From Eledone cirrhosa (lineage: Eukaryota), in the NCBI GenBank assembly GCA_964016885.1, contig OZ024744.1:68386001-68450000 (forward strand): a stretch of 64,000 nucleotides of DNA, read 5' to 3'. A model generated the notes under the pieces. It saw only the letters and a list, made by a program, of their open reading frames with translations. It did not search any database and was not told the origin of the DNA. Shown here piece after piece: positions 1-12,875 of the stretch. Within the stretch, counting starts at the first letter, position 1. Each line of letters begins with the position of its first letter. A program made the translations under genes and the position numbers.

Positions 1-204
1 CTCTGCACTTGTCGTCACATGGTACCATGGGCCCAGCACTATGTGTCAATAATTGTCACAGGTGTAGTGTTTGTACCAGAGTTTTCAAGTCGCTGGCTGG
101 ACTAAAAAGTCACACTCGTTCAGCGCATCGGTAGGGGTTCTCCTACATGGATTTAAAGTAGTGGCCGTACTCGAAAACGAGTTGGCAGCTACCATGTATG
201 TATG
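1..204 (+). mobile_element. 3' end of an RTE-clade LINE (terminal C2H2 finger, 3' stem-loop, (ATGT)n tail)
   Basis: Frame 51-134 reads NCHRCSVCTRVFKSLAGLKSHTRSAHR*, matching the last finger of the RTE at 23370 (CRLCARHFRSLAGLKSHIRSQHC). It is followed by ggccgtactcgaaaacgagttggcagctacc-atgtatgtatg, similar to the RTE 3' termini at 22404 and 32626. Confidence 0.8.
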
Positions 205-700
205 TCTGTGCATTAGGTATTTCATTGTTATTTCCCGTTCCTGGATTGCAAAAGCCTGTCCTTCATAATGAGAGCCAATATACAGATTGTTGGTTCAAGA
301 TAAAATATTTTGCTTATATAATTACACTCAGTTTTAAGCTTTCTGTCAATATAGCCATGCATGATTTATGATAAGCAGCTTTTCGTCTATGGTTCATTAT
401 TGCGGTAATGCTGTGCAACTTTCCTAGGTGTTAATTTTTGGTTATCATGCAGGGAGAACTTTTCAAGAAGCTGCTTCCCAACTTTGATAATGTTATCCGC
501 CTCTTGTAGACAGAATTTGTTTAAAGATTGACTTCTACGCTTGGTGGTTCGTTGATATTTTTGAAAGGATGTGATTCGACACTAACATGCTATTTTGACT
601 GATGTTAAGTCTCGGCCTCCCTGTTTACGTTTCAGGTAGAGGCAGTCAATGTCACTGTTGATGTACAAATTTACAGTGCCGGCTAGAAAACTGCATGATT
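205..700 (-). mobile_element. Degraded internal fragment of the R4/Dong-like family found at 28110-32220
   Basis: The reverse complement resembles 30780-31265 (catcaacagtgacattgactgcctctacctgaaacgtaaacagggaggccgag; HYEGQAFAIQE vs HFEGYAFAIQE). Confidence 0.8.
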
Positions 701-756
701 CAGATTAAAAGCGTCTATGGATCCGTATATAATATGTTGATGAATAATTAATTTTT

Positions 757-967
757 TTTCTACTTTAGACACAAGGTCAGCTATTTGAAAGGAGGGAGAA
801 AGTCGATTAAATCGACCAGTGCTTACTGTTACTTTATTTTATCGACACCGTAAGGATGAAAGGCAAAGCTGACCTCGGCGGGATTTAAACTCAGAACGTA
901 AGGGGCCATAACTCTATGCTACAAAGCAGAGTGGTTGACGCGCTACCAATACTGCCAACCCACCGCT
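757..967 (-). mobile_element. tRNA-derived SINE (octopus-type)
   Basis: The reverse complement has an A-box-like tggcagtattggtag head, a B-box-like gagtttaaatcccgcc, and the conserved body tttgcctttcatccttacgg..gtcgataaaataaagta shared by more than ten copies in the window. Confidence 0.85.
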
Positions 968-969
968 CT

Positions 970-1110
970 TGTAACTGCCTCTGTACAAATTCGTGAAGCT
1001 GGGCTTCACAGAACCAGAAAGATAGTTAGGCAGTTACAAGTACAATCCATTAATGGAACTGTAAAAATATACAAAACATTTAAGAAATTCTGCATGTAAT
1101 AACTGCATAT
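970..1110 (+). mobile_element. 3' ORF-end fragment of the same Dong-like family
   Basis: ttacaagtacaatccattaatggaactgtaaaaatat matches 31834-31870 and 32318-32355. Confidence 0.75.
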
Positions 1111-1329
1111 ACTCAGAAACCTATGTACGTGTACACGTACATCTGAAAGTTAGGTGTAGTTACGCAGTAATTATTTTAAGGTGTGATCTTACCACACCTA
1201 CCTCACTATCCGTGTCAGAGGGTTACAATACTCAGTGTTGAAATATAAACTATATGTTGTTTATTTATTATTTATTGGTAACATTATATGTGAATATATC
1301 TATATATCTATACGTACACGCATGTACAC

Positions 1330-1486
<157 letters not shown>

Positions 1487-1655
1487 ACGAAGGAAGTGTG
1501 GTAAGTAACCAGGTAGACCATAACAACGCTCCAAAGTACTCGATACTGGGTAGTACAGTGTGTAATGGGAAAAGAGTCGGCTGAGCTAACAATACCACGT
1601 TAGTTCAGACCTAGCTGTCGAAACGGCTGGAGCTCAGCCGTCGCGGTCCTGACGC
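1487..1655 (-). mobile_element. Penelope-like terminal fragment with an inverted partial hammerhead (family of 47214-49195)
   Basis: taacgaaggaagtgtggtaagtaaccaggtagaccataac matches the reverse complement of 49140-49195 and also 60568-60630. It carries the hammerhead 3' half GAAAcggctggagctcagccgTC. Confidence 0.65.
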
Positions 1656-1669
1656 TTTATATATATATA

Positions 1670-2344
1670 TGATGGTTGGAAGATCACTGATGAAGGACTA
1701 ACTTTATTCATATGTAACCCATTAGCAACCACGCAGCACGTTTATTCTCATATTTACACATATTTTTTCCCTCGCTGTGACCCGTCTATTTCGTTCTTAC
1801 TGCTTCCTCTTTCTCTGTATCTTTACCCTCTCTAGCAGTCACTCTCTCTGTTAGCCTATTCCTCACCCTTCACTCACTCACTCTCTGTTACTACCTCTCC
1901 TCTTCCTCCTTCTTCCCGTTTGACCTGTGCGTAATTCTTTTCTTTCGCACCCTTGGTCAGGCAGGTTTCCTTTTTTTTCTCTCTCTCGTCTACGATTTCA
2001 CAGAACTTATGTTTACTGAATTCACAGACGAGATCCCTTCTTCCTCCCGTTAGACCTGTACGAAATTCCTTCCTTGCTCACATTTCAACCAGGTTTGATG
2101 GTCTTTATTCTCTCTCGTTCACGATTTCACCGAACTTATATTCATGGAAATTTTGGACTTGACTCCTTCTTCCTCACTTTTCCTTGCTTCACCATCTTTG
2201 TTTGTTTACACTCTCGTGTCCCCTTTATTTACGTGTCCCAACCACTTTTTTTAGCCGTTGCTCGCACCAACCGGAGGTATATGGTCTTTAAAGCGATGAA
2301 ATACCAATGATGGTTGGAAGATCACTGATGAAGGACTAACTTTA

Positions 2345-2351
<7 letters not shown>
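1670..2351. mobile_element. ~680-bp non-coding unit bounded by ~42-bp direct repeats, inserted in (TA)n
   Basis: tgatggttggaagatcactgatgaaggactaactttattcata occurs at ~1670-1712 and ~2308-2350; TA tracts lie on both sides. Confidence 0.6.
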
Positions 2352-2376
<25 letters not shown>

Positions 2377-2416
2377 CGATATTAACAAATGGAAACTATA
2401 TTTATAAAACCATATC

Positions 2417-2481
2417 TATTTTATTATACATATTTCAAGGATACCATGTTAAATTATGGTATGCTTTCATCAGACAAAATA
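2417..2481 (-). ncRNA. Type I hammerhead ribozyme motif
   Basis: Minus strand: tattttgt-CTGATGA-aagcatacca...tggtatcctt-GAAA-tatgta-TA-ataaaata. Stems I-III all pair. Confidence 0.7.
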
Positions 2482-2954
2482 CAATATATACCAGTTTTAT
2501 AAATAAATTTTGACATACTCTTTCAAAATGCAACCGTTACTTTTGGAAGACATCAGGGATATTTCTCCAAATACATGTCGAGTGCTTTATATCAGTTATA
2601 AAAATATTTGCTTGTTGTATCCCAACAATTTAAATAGAACTTTTGCATATATATATATATAAATTTTAGTACAGCATTGACGAAGCTTTAGAATACGGCC
2701 AAGCTAGCGTATATGCATAATCGGTCTGTAGCTTGAGCACTCAGGTGAGGAAAGACCCCAGAGTAATAACATTACGTTCAGACAGCTTAGCAAATCAGAT
2801 ATAGCGGTCGGCAGTCCGGCCGCATTACTAGAGCAACGAAAATACAGGACCCAGAAAAAGATTTTATACTGACCCGGACATAGCGGTGAGGCTGGGTGCA
2901 AAATATATAACTTACATCGTATATCAACAATATACATCACATATACCATCCAAA

Positions 2955-2981
2955 TAGAGAGAGAGAGAGAGAGAGAGGGGA

Positions 2982-3072
<91 letters not shown>
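2955..3072. repeat. (GA)n microsatellite
   Basis: Direct inspection. Confidence 0.95.
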
Positions 3073-3075
<3 letters not shown>

Positions 3076-3431
3076 ATATCCTTTTACTAAACATTCCGTA
3101 TTTTTACTTCCTTCAACCAAATTTACCTATCGGCACTCCTCACTTTATCACATATCTCTATACCTCTATCACGACAATAGTCCCAATAGTCCATCAAATT
3201 CCTTATGCTAGCTATGTATCTTTACAGCTGTGTTCCTGTAAATATATGTTTAGACTCCCTGAATTTATATGTTCTGGCTTGTTAATTTATTAACTTGCCA
3301 TTGAGCGACACTAGGATACGGTCGGACTATACTTATGTCCCTATGTGTATTAATTACATGTAGGAACATACACTTTTAATATATATATATATGAAAGAAA
3401 ATGATCGCTCTACATGGCTGAATACAATAAA

Positions 3432-3683
3432 TGTAATCTGAGGTTTTCGAATATTAATAATAACATTCGATTCGTTTGCAATTATGCAAACAAGCCTCAA
3501 TTTCATAGCCATGTCAGTAGAATGAACCCGTCATTCTTGCTCTTGTGTTGTTCTGTTCGCATACCAACACAAGAGCAAGAATGAAGGGTTCATTCTACTG
3601 ACATGGCTATAAAATTGAGGCTTGTTTGCATAATTGTAAACGAATCGAATGTTATTATTAATATTCGAAAAACTCAGATTACA
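3432..3683. repeat. ~250-bp fold-back (two ~118-bp inverted arms); a single arm recurs at ~62063-62190
   Basis: tgtaatctgag...cttgctcttgtgttg and caacacaagagcaag...ctcagattaca are reverse complements. Confidence 0.85.
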
Positions 3684-3688
3684 CACAT

Positions 3689-3757
<69 letters not shown>

Positions 3758-3989
3758 GAGAGAGAGAGCAATAATTATTATTGCTATTGCTATTGTTATT
3801 CTTGTTCATATGGTTAATTATTTTTACATACATTTCATATATTTCATTACTGCACTAGGGCTTGATGAACACAACCGCAAGGATATGGTCCAAACGTGGA
3901 AGTGTCGAATTCCCACTGTCATCGCCTCCGTCTCTCTCGCTCTCCCCATCTCTCCGTATGGTGAGCAAATGGGGTCCCACGTGCTGGCC

Positions 3990-4235
3990 TCCCCACAACC
4001 CCGGCGGACAGGATGGAGAAGGCGTTTCCCCGGAGGATGGTAAGGGAGATGCGCTGGAAGCGCCATTCCAACTCGCGAGGCTCACACCTGCGCCTAGCCA
4101 GTTCAGCGCCTATGGTGGTGAGTAGGGAGGTAGCCCTAGGGCCAAGAACTCCAGAAGTCTCCACTGCCAAGGGCACAACCGCGAACCTATCGGAGAGCGA
4201 CCGATACTTGGAGAGTTTTACTTGACTACCGCCTT
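3990..4235 (-). mobile_element. CRE-clade (RLE) non-LTR retrotransposon C-terminal fragment
   Basis: KLSKYRSLSDRFAVVPLAVETSGVLGPRATSLLTTIG...FQRISLTILRGNA fits the K..KY...P.AVET.G..G...QRLS.A+QRGNA C-terminus of CRE/ZENON-type RLE domains. Confidence 0.75.
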
Positions 4236-4894
4236 ACACTGTCCCTGTCACTGGTAAACATAAATACCCAATTGGGGAGGCCAGCACGTGGGACCCCATT
4301 TGTTCACTATACAGACAGTAGGGCAGGGCTAGAGAGATGGCGGCGATGACGGTGGGAGTTCGGCTCTTCCGTATTCGAACACATTGCACCTGTCATGTGG
4401 GTCTTGTCTATATCGTTTCATTCACTTCATCAGAGAGTGTAACTGAGCTAGACGAAACGTTTAGGATTTAGTCACATTTCTTTTTCATAATATTTTTTGC
4501 CTACCTTCAACAACTTCACCGCCCATATTGTTTACTATCACATAACTTTGTTCCTCCCACCGCACCACCACCACCACCACCACCAGCAGCGGCCGCCATT
4601 TTTGATGTTTCTTCTTGTCCGATCGAAAAAAAGATATATAACTGCTTTTACTTCTTCAATATAACCTTCTCTACCAACCATCCCATCATCTATCGCTTTT
4701 TTGTTTGGGGGGGGGGGGGGGGGGCGGGGGATGATAATTGGGTTTATTATTTCAAAATGATTTAATCATCATAATTTATTTATTATTTTTAATTAATATA
4801 TATATATATATATATATTAATTTTTATATTTTTTATTTTCTAATATGTAAATTTTCTGACATATTTAATTACTATCAAATTATATTATTACTAC

Positions 4895-5500
4895 ACAAGG
4901 TTAACTTTACCTTTCGTCCTTACGGGGGTCGATAAAATAAAGTACCAGTAATGTACTGATATAATTGCTGGCCTTGTGCCAAAAGTAGAAACAATTATTA
5001 CTTCGCTATTGTAGAGCGGTGAATTGACAGTATCGGTAGAGACACGAAACACAATGCTGCGTGGTATAGAGATACGTCCCTTTATGTTCTGAGTTCAAAT
5101 CACACCGAGGTTAGCTTTGCATTTCATCCATTACTGGGTCGAAAAAATAAAGTACCAGTAATACACTGGAGTCGATTTAATCGACTTTCCTCTTCACCAA
5201 AATTATTGGCCTTGTGCCTAAAGTAGAAAACATTATTACTTCGCTATTATAGAGCAGTGGATTAGCAGTATCGGTAAAGCGTGGAAAACCATGCTGCGTG
5301 GCATAGAGTTCAGGCCATTTATCTTTACGTTACGAGTTCAAATCCCGCCGAGGTTAGCTTTGCCTTTCATACTTACGGGTTCGATAAAATTCCTCCAAGG
5401 TTACGGGGTCAATGAAATAAAGTACCAGTAACGCCCTGGAGTCAATGTAATCGACTTTCCCCTACCCAAAATTGTTGTCATTGTGCCATAATCAGAAAAC
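4895..5500 (+). mobile_element. Tandem array of three tRNA-derived SINE copies
   Basis: Copies at ~4895-4995 (5' truncated), 5016-5232 and 5254-5500 with B-box gagttcaaatc. They are separated by the same spacer attattacttcgctatt(g/a)taga. Confidence 0.9.
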
Positions 5501-6019
5501 CACTATTATTTAGCTAATGTACTCTTCCACGTAGTTAATAAAGAAGAAGAAGAAGAAGAAGAAGAAGAAAGCAGAAGAAGAAGAAGAAGAAATTGCTTTA
5601 GTGCTGACTTCAAGGGGGACAGACCTGGAGGTATTGGCTTGTTCAGTGTAGATGATCGGGATGAGGTAGAACATATATGAGTGAGAAGGAGAGTTGCTTT
5701 CACCTATGTTATATTGAAGACATAACAGTGTATCAGGTTGATGTTTTGTTTATTTAATATTTGTCATATTTACTTATAAATATGTTTTATGTTTATCACC
5801 CTCACCACCCTGTATTTCGGTTATATAAGATTGTTTACAATTGCGTTCTCTGACACACACACACACAGACAATATATATATGTATATACACACGCATAGA
5901 CTCACACACGCGCACACACACAGACACAGACTCACACACCTACGCACGCACACATACACACATACACATAGACTCATACATGCACACATACACACAAATA
6001 TATATATATATATATATGT

Positions 6020-6739
6020 ATGTATACGTACATACATATATGTATACAGACGTACAGTATGTATATATATATACATACATTCACACATATATATATGTAC
6101 GTATGGATTCACCAAACATTTATTATAATGCTCGGTGTGTTTGTAAACAAACATCCCGTATTATGCCGTACAGTGTGTAGCAACCATCGTTGCTGGTTTG
6201 TTCAACACTGACAAGCTTGTTAGCTATCGTCAGCAACGTATACCTTCCTGCCAGATTGTTGAACGTCCGAAACTATATACTTTCCTTATGCATATTAACA
6301 GCTGAGCAACCTAATTTGCATATCGAGTGGGTTAATCGGCCGGGTGTACCGAAAACGATAAACGGAAACAATGAAACGAAATTTCATTTCTCACTCTTAG
6401 TACGGCTGTTACTTAAATATAAGTATGTTTACGTACATACATATATGTAAGTATGTATACGTATATATATGTAAGTATGTTTACGTACACACATATATGT
6501 ATGTACACTGCGGCTTTATACGGGATGTTTGTTTACAAACACACCGAGCATTATAATAAATGTTTGGTGAATCCATACGTACATATATATATATATATGT
6601 GTGCATGTATATATATATATATATACATACATACTACTGTACGTCTGTATACATATATGTATGTACGTACGTGTACATATTTATATTTAGCTAACAGCCG
6701 TACTAAGAGTGGGAAATGAAATTTCGTTTCATTTTTTCC

Positions 6740-6745
<6 letters not shown>
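6020..6745. repeat. Nested smaller inverted repeats in the spacer of the large duplication
   Basis: ~6020-6170 vs ~6510-6670 (ggattcaccaaacatttattataatgctcgg / ccgagcattataataaatgtttggtgaatcc), and ~6358-6440 vs ~6665-6745. Confidence 0.8.
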
Positions 6746-6792
<47 letters not shown>

Positions 6793-6808
6793 GACTCACA
6801 CACCTACG

Positions 6809-6894
<86 letters not shown>

Positions 6895-7343
6895 GGAGGT
6901 GAGTTTTTTTAAACCCTTAAATATTATTCTTAATACATATTAACAATTTCTTTTCATCGCACATATTATTAAACCCTTAAATATACAAACCTTAATTTAA
7001 CATTATTCTAAAATTTTTCTCTTCGTTAATTTTCAAATTCTTTTAATTTATATATTATCTTCCAACGGTTTTTCAACCTCTCTATGTAAAACAATATATT
7101 TTTCTCAGTTATAAAAGCTATCTCTCTCTCTCTATCACCTATCTCTCCTCCTATCTCATCCTTCCTCATATACTCCTCCCCCTCCACTTTTTACTCTCAT
7201 CTCCTCCTCTTTTTCATCCTTTCCACCCCCACCACCCCTCAATTTGTTCCCAATATCACACATCAATCTAAAACTACTTTCCATATGTTGATTTAAAACT
7301 GCACTATTCACAAGTGTGTTTTAACCTTCATATCATGTCTTCC

Positions 7344-7414
7344 TATTTTATCTGACGAAAACGCAAATGTTATTGCATGATGATATTTGTTTTTGAAATG
7401 CGCATAATAAAATA
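7344..7414 (+). ncRNA. Type I hammerhead ribozyme motif (palindromic stem III)
   Basis: tattttat-CTGACGA-aaacgcaaat...atttgttttt-GAAA-tgcgca-TA-ataaaata. Confidence 0.75.
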
Positions 7415-7444
7415 CATGGAACTCTTTTAACCATCTTTTGATCT

Positions 7445-7485
<41 letters not shown>

Positions 7486-7951
7486 ATGTGTGCGTAGGTG
7501 TGTGAGTCTGTGTGTGTATATATATATATATATTATATGTGTGTGTGTCAGAGAACGCAATTGTAAACAATCTTATATAACCGAAATACAGGGTGGTGAG
7601 GGTGATAAACATAAAACATATTTATAAGTAAATATGACAAATATTAAATAAACAAAACATCAACCTGATACACTGTTATGTCTTCAATATAACATAGGTG
7701 AAAGCAACTCTCCTTCTCACTCATATATGTTCTACCTCATCCCGATCATCTACACTGAACAAGCCAATACCTCCAGGTCTGTCCCCGTTGAAGTCAGCAC
7801 TAAAGGAATTTCTTCTTCTTCTTCTGCTTTCTCTTCTTCTTCTGCTTTCTTCTTCTTCTTCTTCTTCTTCTTCTTCTTCTTCTTCTTCTTCTTCTTCTTC
7901 TTCTTCTTCTTTATTAACTACGTGGAAGAGTACATTAGCTAAATAATAGTG

Positions 7952-8557
7952 GTTTTCTGATTATGGCACAATGACAACAATTTTGGGTAGGGGAAAGTCG
8001 ATTACATTGACTCCAGGGCGTTACTGGTACTTTATTTCATTGACCCCGTAACCTTGGAGGAATTTTATCGAACCCGTAAGTATGAAAGGCAAAGCTAACC
8101 TCGGCGGGATTTGAACTCGTAACGTAAAGATAAATGGCCTGAACTCTATGCCACGCAGCATGGTTTTCCACGCTTTACCGATACTGCTAATCCACTGCTC
8201 TATAATAGCGAAGTAATAATGTTTTCTACTTTAGGCACAAGGCCAATCATTTTGGTGAAGAGGAAAGTCGATTAAATCGACCCCAGTGCGTTACTGGTAC
8301 TTTATTTTATCGACCTAGTAATGGATGAAATGCAAAGCTAACCTCGGTGTGATTTGAACTCAGAACATAAAGGGACGTAACTCTATACCACGCAGCATTG
8401 TGTTTCGTGTCTCTACCGATACTGTCAATTCACCGCTCTACAATAGCGAAGTAATAATTGTTTCTACTTTTGGCACAAGGCCAGCAATTATATCAGTACA
8501 TTACTGGTACTTTATTTTATCGACCCCGTAAGGACGAAAGGTAAAGTTAACCTTGTG
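7952..8557 (-). mobile_element. Inverted copy of the three-SINE array
   Basis: Reverse complement of 4895-5500. Confidence 0.9.
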
Positions 8558-8870
8558 TAGTAATAATATAATTTGATAGTAATTAAATATGTCAGAAAAT
8601 TTACATATTAGAAAAAAAAAAAAAATGAATATATATTAATTAAAAATAATAAATAAATTATGATAATTAAATAATTTTGAAATAATAAACCCAATTATCA
8701 TCTCCCACCCCACCCCCCAACAAAAAAGAGATAGATGATGGGATGGTTGGTAGAGAAGGTTATATTGAAGAGTAAACTCGGCTGCTATTTTTAGTGGCGA
8801 GAGTGTGCAAGACACGCTAAGTTCGGGATTTATATATTTATATATATATGTGTGTGTGCGTGTGTATGCT

Positions 8871-8952
<82 letters not shown>

Positions 8953-8985
8953 GTAAGATCAAAAGATGGTTAAAAGACTTCCATG

Positions 8986-9056
8986 TATTTTATTATGCGC
9001 ATTTCAAAAACAAATATCATCATGAGATGACCTTTGCGTTTTCGTCAGATAAAATA
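8986..9056 (-). ncRNA. Type I hammerhead motif (left arm of the 8955-9245 palindrome)
   Basis: Near reverse complement of the 9140-9210 motif; same family as 7344-7414. Confidence 0.7.
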
Positions 9057-9139
9057 GGGACACATGATATGAAGGTTAAAAAACACTTGTGAATAGTGCA
9101 GTTTTAAATCAACATATTAACCTTCATATCATGTGTCCC

Positions 9140-9210
9140 TATTTTATCTGACGAAAACGCAAATGTCATATCATGATGATATTTGTTTTTGAAATGCGCA
9201 TAATAAAATA
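9140..9210 (+). ncRNA. Type I hammerhead motif (right arm of the 8955-9245 palindrome)
   Basis: tattttat-CTGACGA-aaacgcaaatgtcat...atgatatttgttttt-GAAA-tgcgca-TA-ataaaata. Confidence 0.75.
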
Positions 9211-9375
9211 CATGGAAGTCTTTTCACCATCTTTTGATCTTATATATTATTTATACTCCAGTCGCACAAACTGTAGAGTGCTTCTTATCCGATATCTGCA
9301 TTGCTTTATTGTACTACAATAAAACTCACCTCCTACATTATATATATATATAGGAGGTGAGTTTAATTGTAGTAC

Positions 9376-9416
9376 ATAAGGGAGACATATGATATCACGT
9401 TTAGAGCAGATGCGTT

Positions 9417-9493
<77 letters not shown>

Positions 9494-9537
9494 CGAAACG
9501 CATCTGCTCTCAACGTGATATCATATGTCTCCCTTAT
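9376..9537. repeat. Short fold-back around a (TA)n tract; each arm begins with a hammerhead-like 3' half
   Basis: ataagggagacatatgatatcacg...gatgcgtttcgata and tatcGAAAcgcaTCtgctc...tctcccttat are reverse complements. Confidence 0.75.
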
Positions 9538-9857
9538 TCTTTTTCACTTTTACTCTACATCGATAAATCTTTTAACCCGATATGTCAGATCGTTTTTCTC
9601 CTGTTTCTATGCGGCGTCAATGTGTTCATTGTAAAGAAATTGTTCATCTGTTGAGGGCATATTTTTACTCCCACGCTTCTACATTATTCTATTGTTTTCA
9701 CTTTTATCTTATTTTCCTTAAACTCTCATGCTGTTCAATCATCTGCATGATCCCTTGTTTTATTTGTGTTGTTTTTTTTAGCTATACACACACACATACA
9801 TACACACATACATACAACATATATAAATACATACATCCATACATACATACATACAAC

Positions 9858-9950
<93 letters not shown>

Positions 9951-10829
9951 GTGTGTGTGCGGACGGTATTTGAGGACACATACATTTTTAGTCATTGTTT
10001 GACTAATTTTTATTGAACTTCTATTTCAGAAAATAACAATGAAAATAACTATACTTACTAATGAAATTGGTCCGATTTGACGAGGTCCACCCCACTCGGC
10101 AAGTGAATGAGGACTGGCATATTGTTTATCGATCACAGTGAACCTAGGAAACTGTAGTAAATTATCTCAGACATGAAAACATTCGTTGCCTATCTATCAA
10201 TCAAGTTCGTGTAAATGGTGTAGTCAGTCATTGGGATACAACTCTAGACGCTTGACTGTGCGTCCATTATGGCATATTAGCGGGCCTTAGATGAGCTTAG
10301 CAGTGCCTGTTATCTTTCCAAGCGTCGGATCTCTTACAACAAGTTTAGACTGCCAACAGTAGTAATTACTGGGGAGTTGCCGAAAAATGTCTTGGAGCCA
10401 GAAGTGAGTGTCAGGTGAGAACGGGTTTATCTGTCCATCCCTTTTTGCTAGACATCAATGTATTTTCTCTACCCAAACAACGAAGAAGAAGAAGAAGAAG
10501 AAGATAGCGATAAGCATTGTCTTTCGTCTAACAAGATGGTGTGTACCGGACAAAAACAAAAAAAAATTGCTATTAAAATCCTGTAGAAATTGATTGACTT
10601 TTCTATTCTATTCTATCAAATATCTATATAATATAAATAAATACCAGTGATATACTGTGTGGCTATGCAATCATCCAACACCTACGCTGCTTGTGAAACT
10701 GTGCCAATTATGTGAGTAAATCATTGGTGTTTATTTGCTGATATATACATGACGTATAAATAACATTTACCCTGCTGGGTGGTGTAAGGAAAGTTGCGTA
10801 AAGGAAAGAAAAAGAATGACGGAAAATAA

Positions 10830-12232
10830 ACACACAGAAACATGGACACACACATGTATACATACACACACACACACTCTCTCTCTCACACACAGACATA
10901 CACACACACACAAACTCACACATAGGCATACACTCACAATCACACATACACGCACCCACTCACAACAAAGACATACACACATACACACACACAAACAAAG
11001 ACATATATACACACACAAACAAACACAAACACGCACACAAAGAAACACACATGCACAAAAACAAACACATACACACACACACGCACGTACACATACACTC
11101 ATAGAAACACAAACACACATGCATACATACACATGCACACACACACACACTCTCTCTCACGCACACATACACACACACATATACACATAGACAAACACAC
11201 ACTCACACATACACACACACAAAGATACACACACATATTCAAATGTACAAACACTCACTCACACACATAAACACACTCACAAATATACACATACACAAAC
11301 ACACACTCACATACAGACACACACACACACACACAAACATACACATACACATATACAAACACACACTCACACACATACACACATACACATACACATACAC
11401 AAACACACACACTCACACAAACACACACTCACATACAGACACACACAAACACACAAACACACACACATATACACATACACAGACACACACTCACACACAC
11501 ACGCAAACATACACACACATAAACAAACACTCGCATACAGACACACACACAGACATACACAAACAAACACACACTCGCATACAGACATACACACACAAAC
11601 ATACACACACACAAACACACACATACAAACGCACACAAACATACACACACACATATACACAACCACTCACACATACAGACACACACGCACACACAAACAT
11701 ACACACACATATATACATACACAAACACATACAAACACACATACATATACACATACACAAACACACTCACACGCAGACACACACACATATACAAACACTC
11801 ACTCACACACATACACACCCCACAAACATACACACACATACACACATACACAAACACACACTCACACACACAAACACCCACACATATACACATACACAAA
11901 CACACATTCACACACACACACACACGCAAACATACAAACACATAAACAAACACTCGCATACAGACACACAAACATACACAAACAAACACAAACTCGCATA
12001 CAGACATACACACACAAACATACACCACAAACACACACTCACACACATACACACGCACACAAACATACACACACACATATACACAACCACTCACTCACAC
12101 ATACAGACACACACTCACACAAACATACACAAACACCACCACCACACACAAACACACAAACACCACACACACACACAAAACCATACACACACACACAAAC
12201 GCCACCACCACACACAGAGACACACACACAGA
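10830..12232. repeat. Long degenerate CA-rich low-complexity tract with an internal duplication
   Basis: Almost entirely C/A/T; the block acataaacaaacactcgcatacagacacaca recurs at ~11517 and ~11940. Confidence 0.9.
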
Positions 12233-12418
12233 AAACAAGGAGAAAGAACAGCCTTTCATTGGCAATGGAATTGCAGCAGTTGATACTGCATTCAGTGATC
12301 CTATGGGATCCCCTATACGGACACACTGGTCTCTGGGAGACGCGGACATAGTTGCGATGATGAGAGACAGAGACTGCTGGAGAGAACTCACCTATGGATC
12401 TCGGGAATTTCACCCACC

Positions 12419-12472
<54 letters not shown>

Positions 12473-12776
12473 GCTTCGTAGAATCAAGACGTATCTGAGG
12501 ACCTTGCGATTTTCAGAGTCAGGTTCGATCATCACATCAATCGTGCCTCGTGCTGGTCGCCAGAGGAACGATTGTAACATGTACAATAAATTCCATTTGT
12601 CGCAACACTGATTCTCTTTTTTCTGTGATATATATATATATATATGGAAAAAATGAAATTTCATTTCTCACTCTTAGTACATACTTAGCAGGGAAAAAGC
12701 GGACGTAAAATGAAAAATGAAATGAAAAAAAATAAAAATAAATAAAAATATATATATATATATATATATATGTGCA

Positions 12777-12826
<50 letters not shown>

Positions 12827-12875
12827 AAGAATGAAGAGTAACATGGTTGGCTGTACAATAAGGGCTTTATTTAAA

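Larger units (their letters stand above)
4648..8776. repeat. Large inverted duplication: arm 4648-~5965 and arm ~7470-8776
   Basis: The arms are reverse complements, including the SINE arrays and the paired ORFs 5506..5703(-) and 7698..7946(+). They differ mainly in microsatellite length and scattered substitutions. Confidence 0.9.

Noticed and set aside
5506-7946. Duplicated MKATLLLTHIC ORF as a secreted peptide gene pair
   Set aside because: It has a GTG start, runs through a (CTT)n tract, and is duplicated only because of the inverted repeat.
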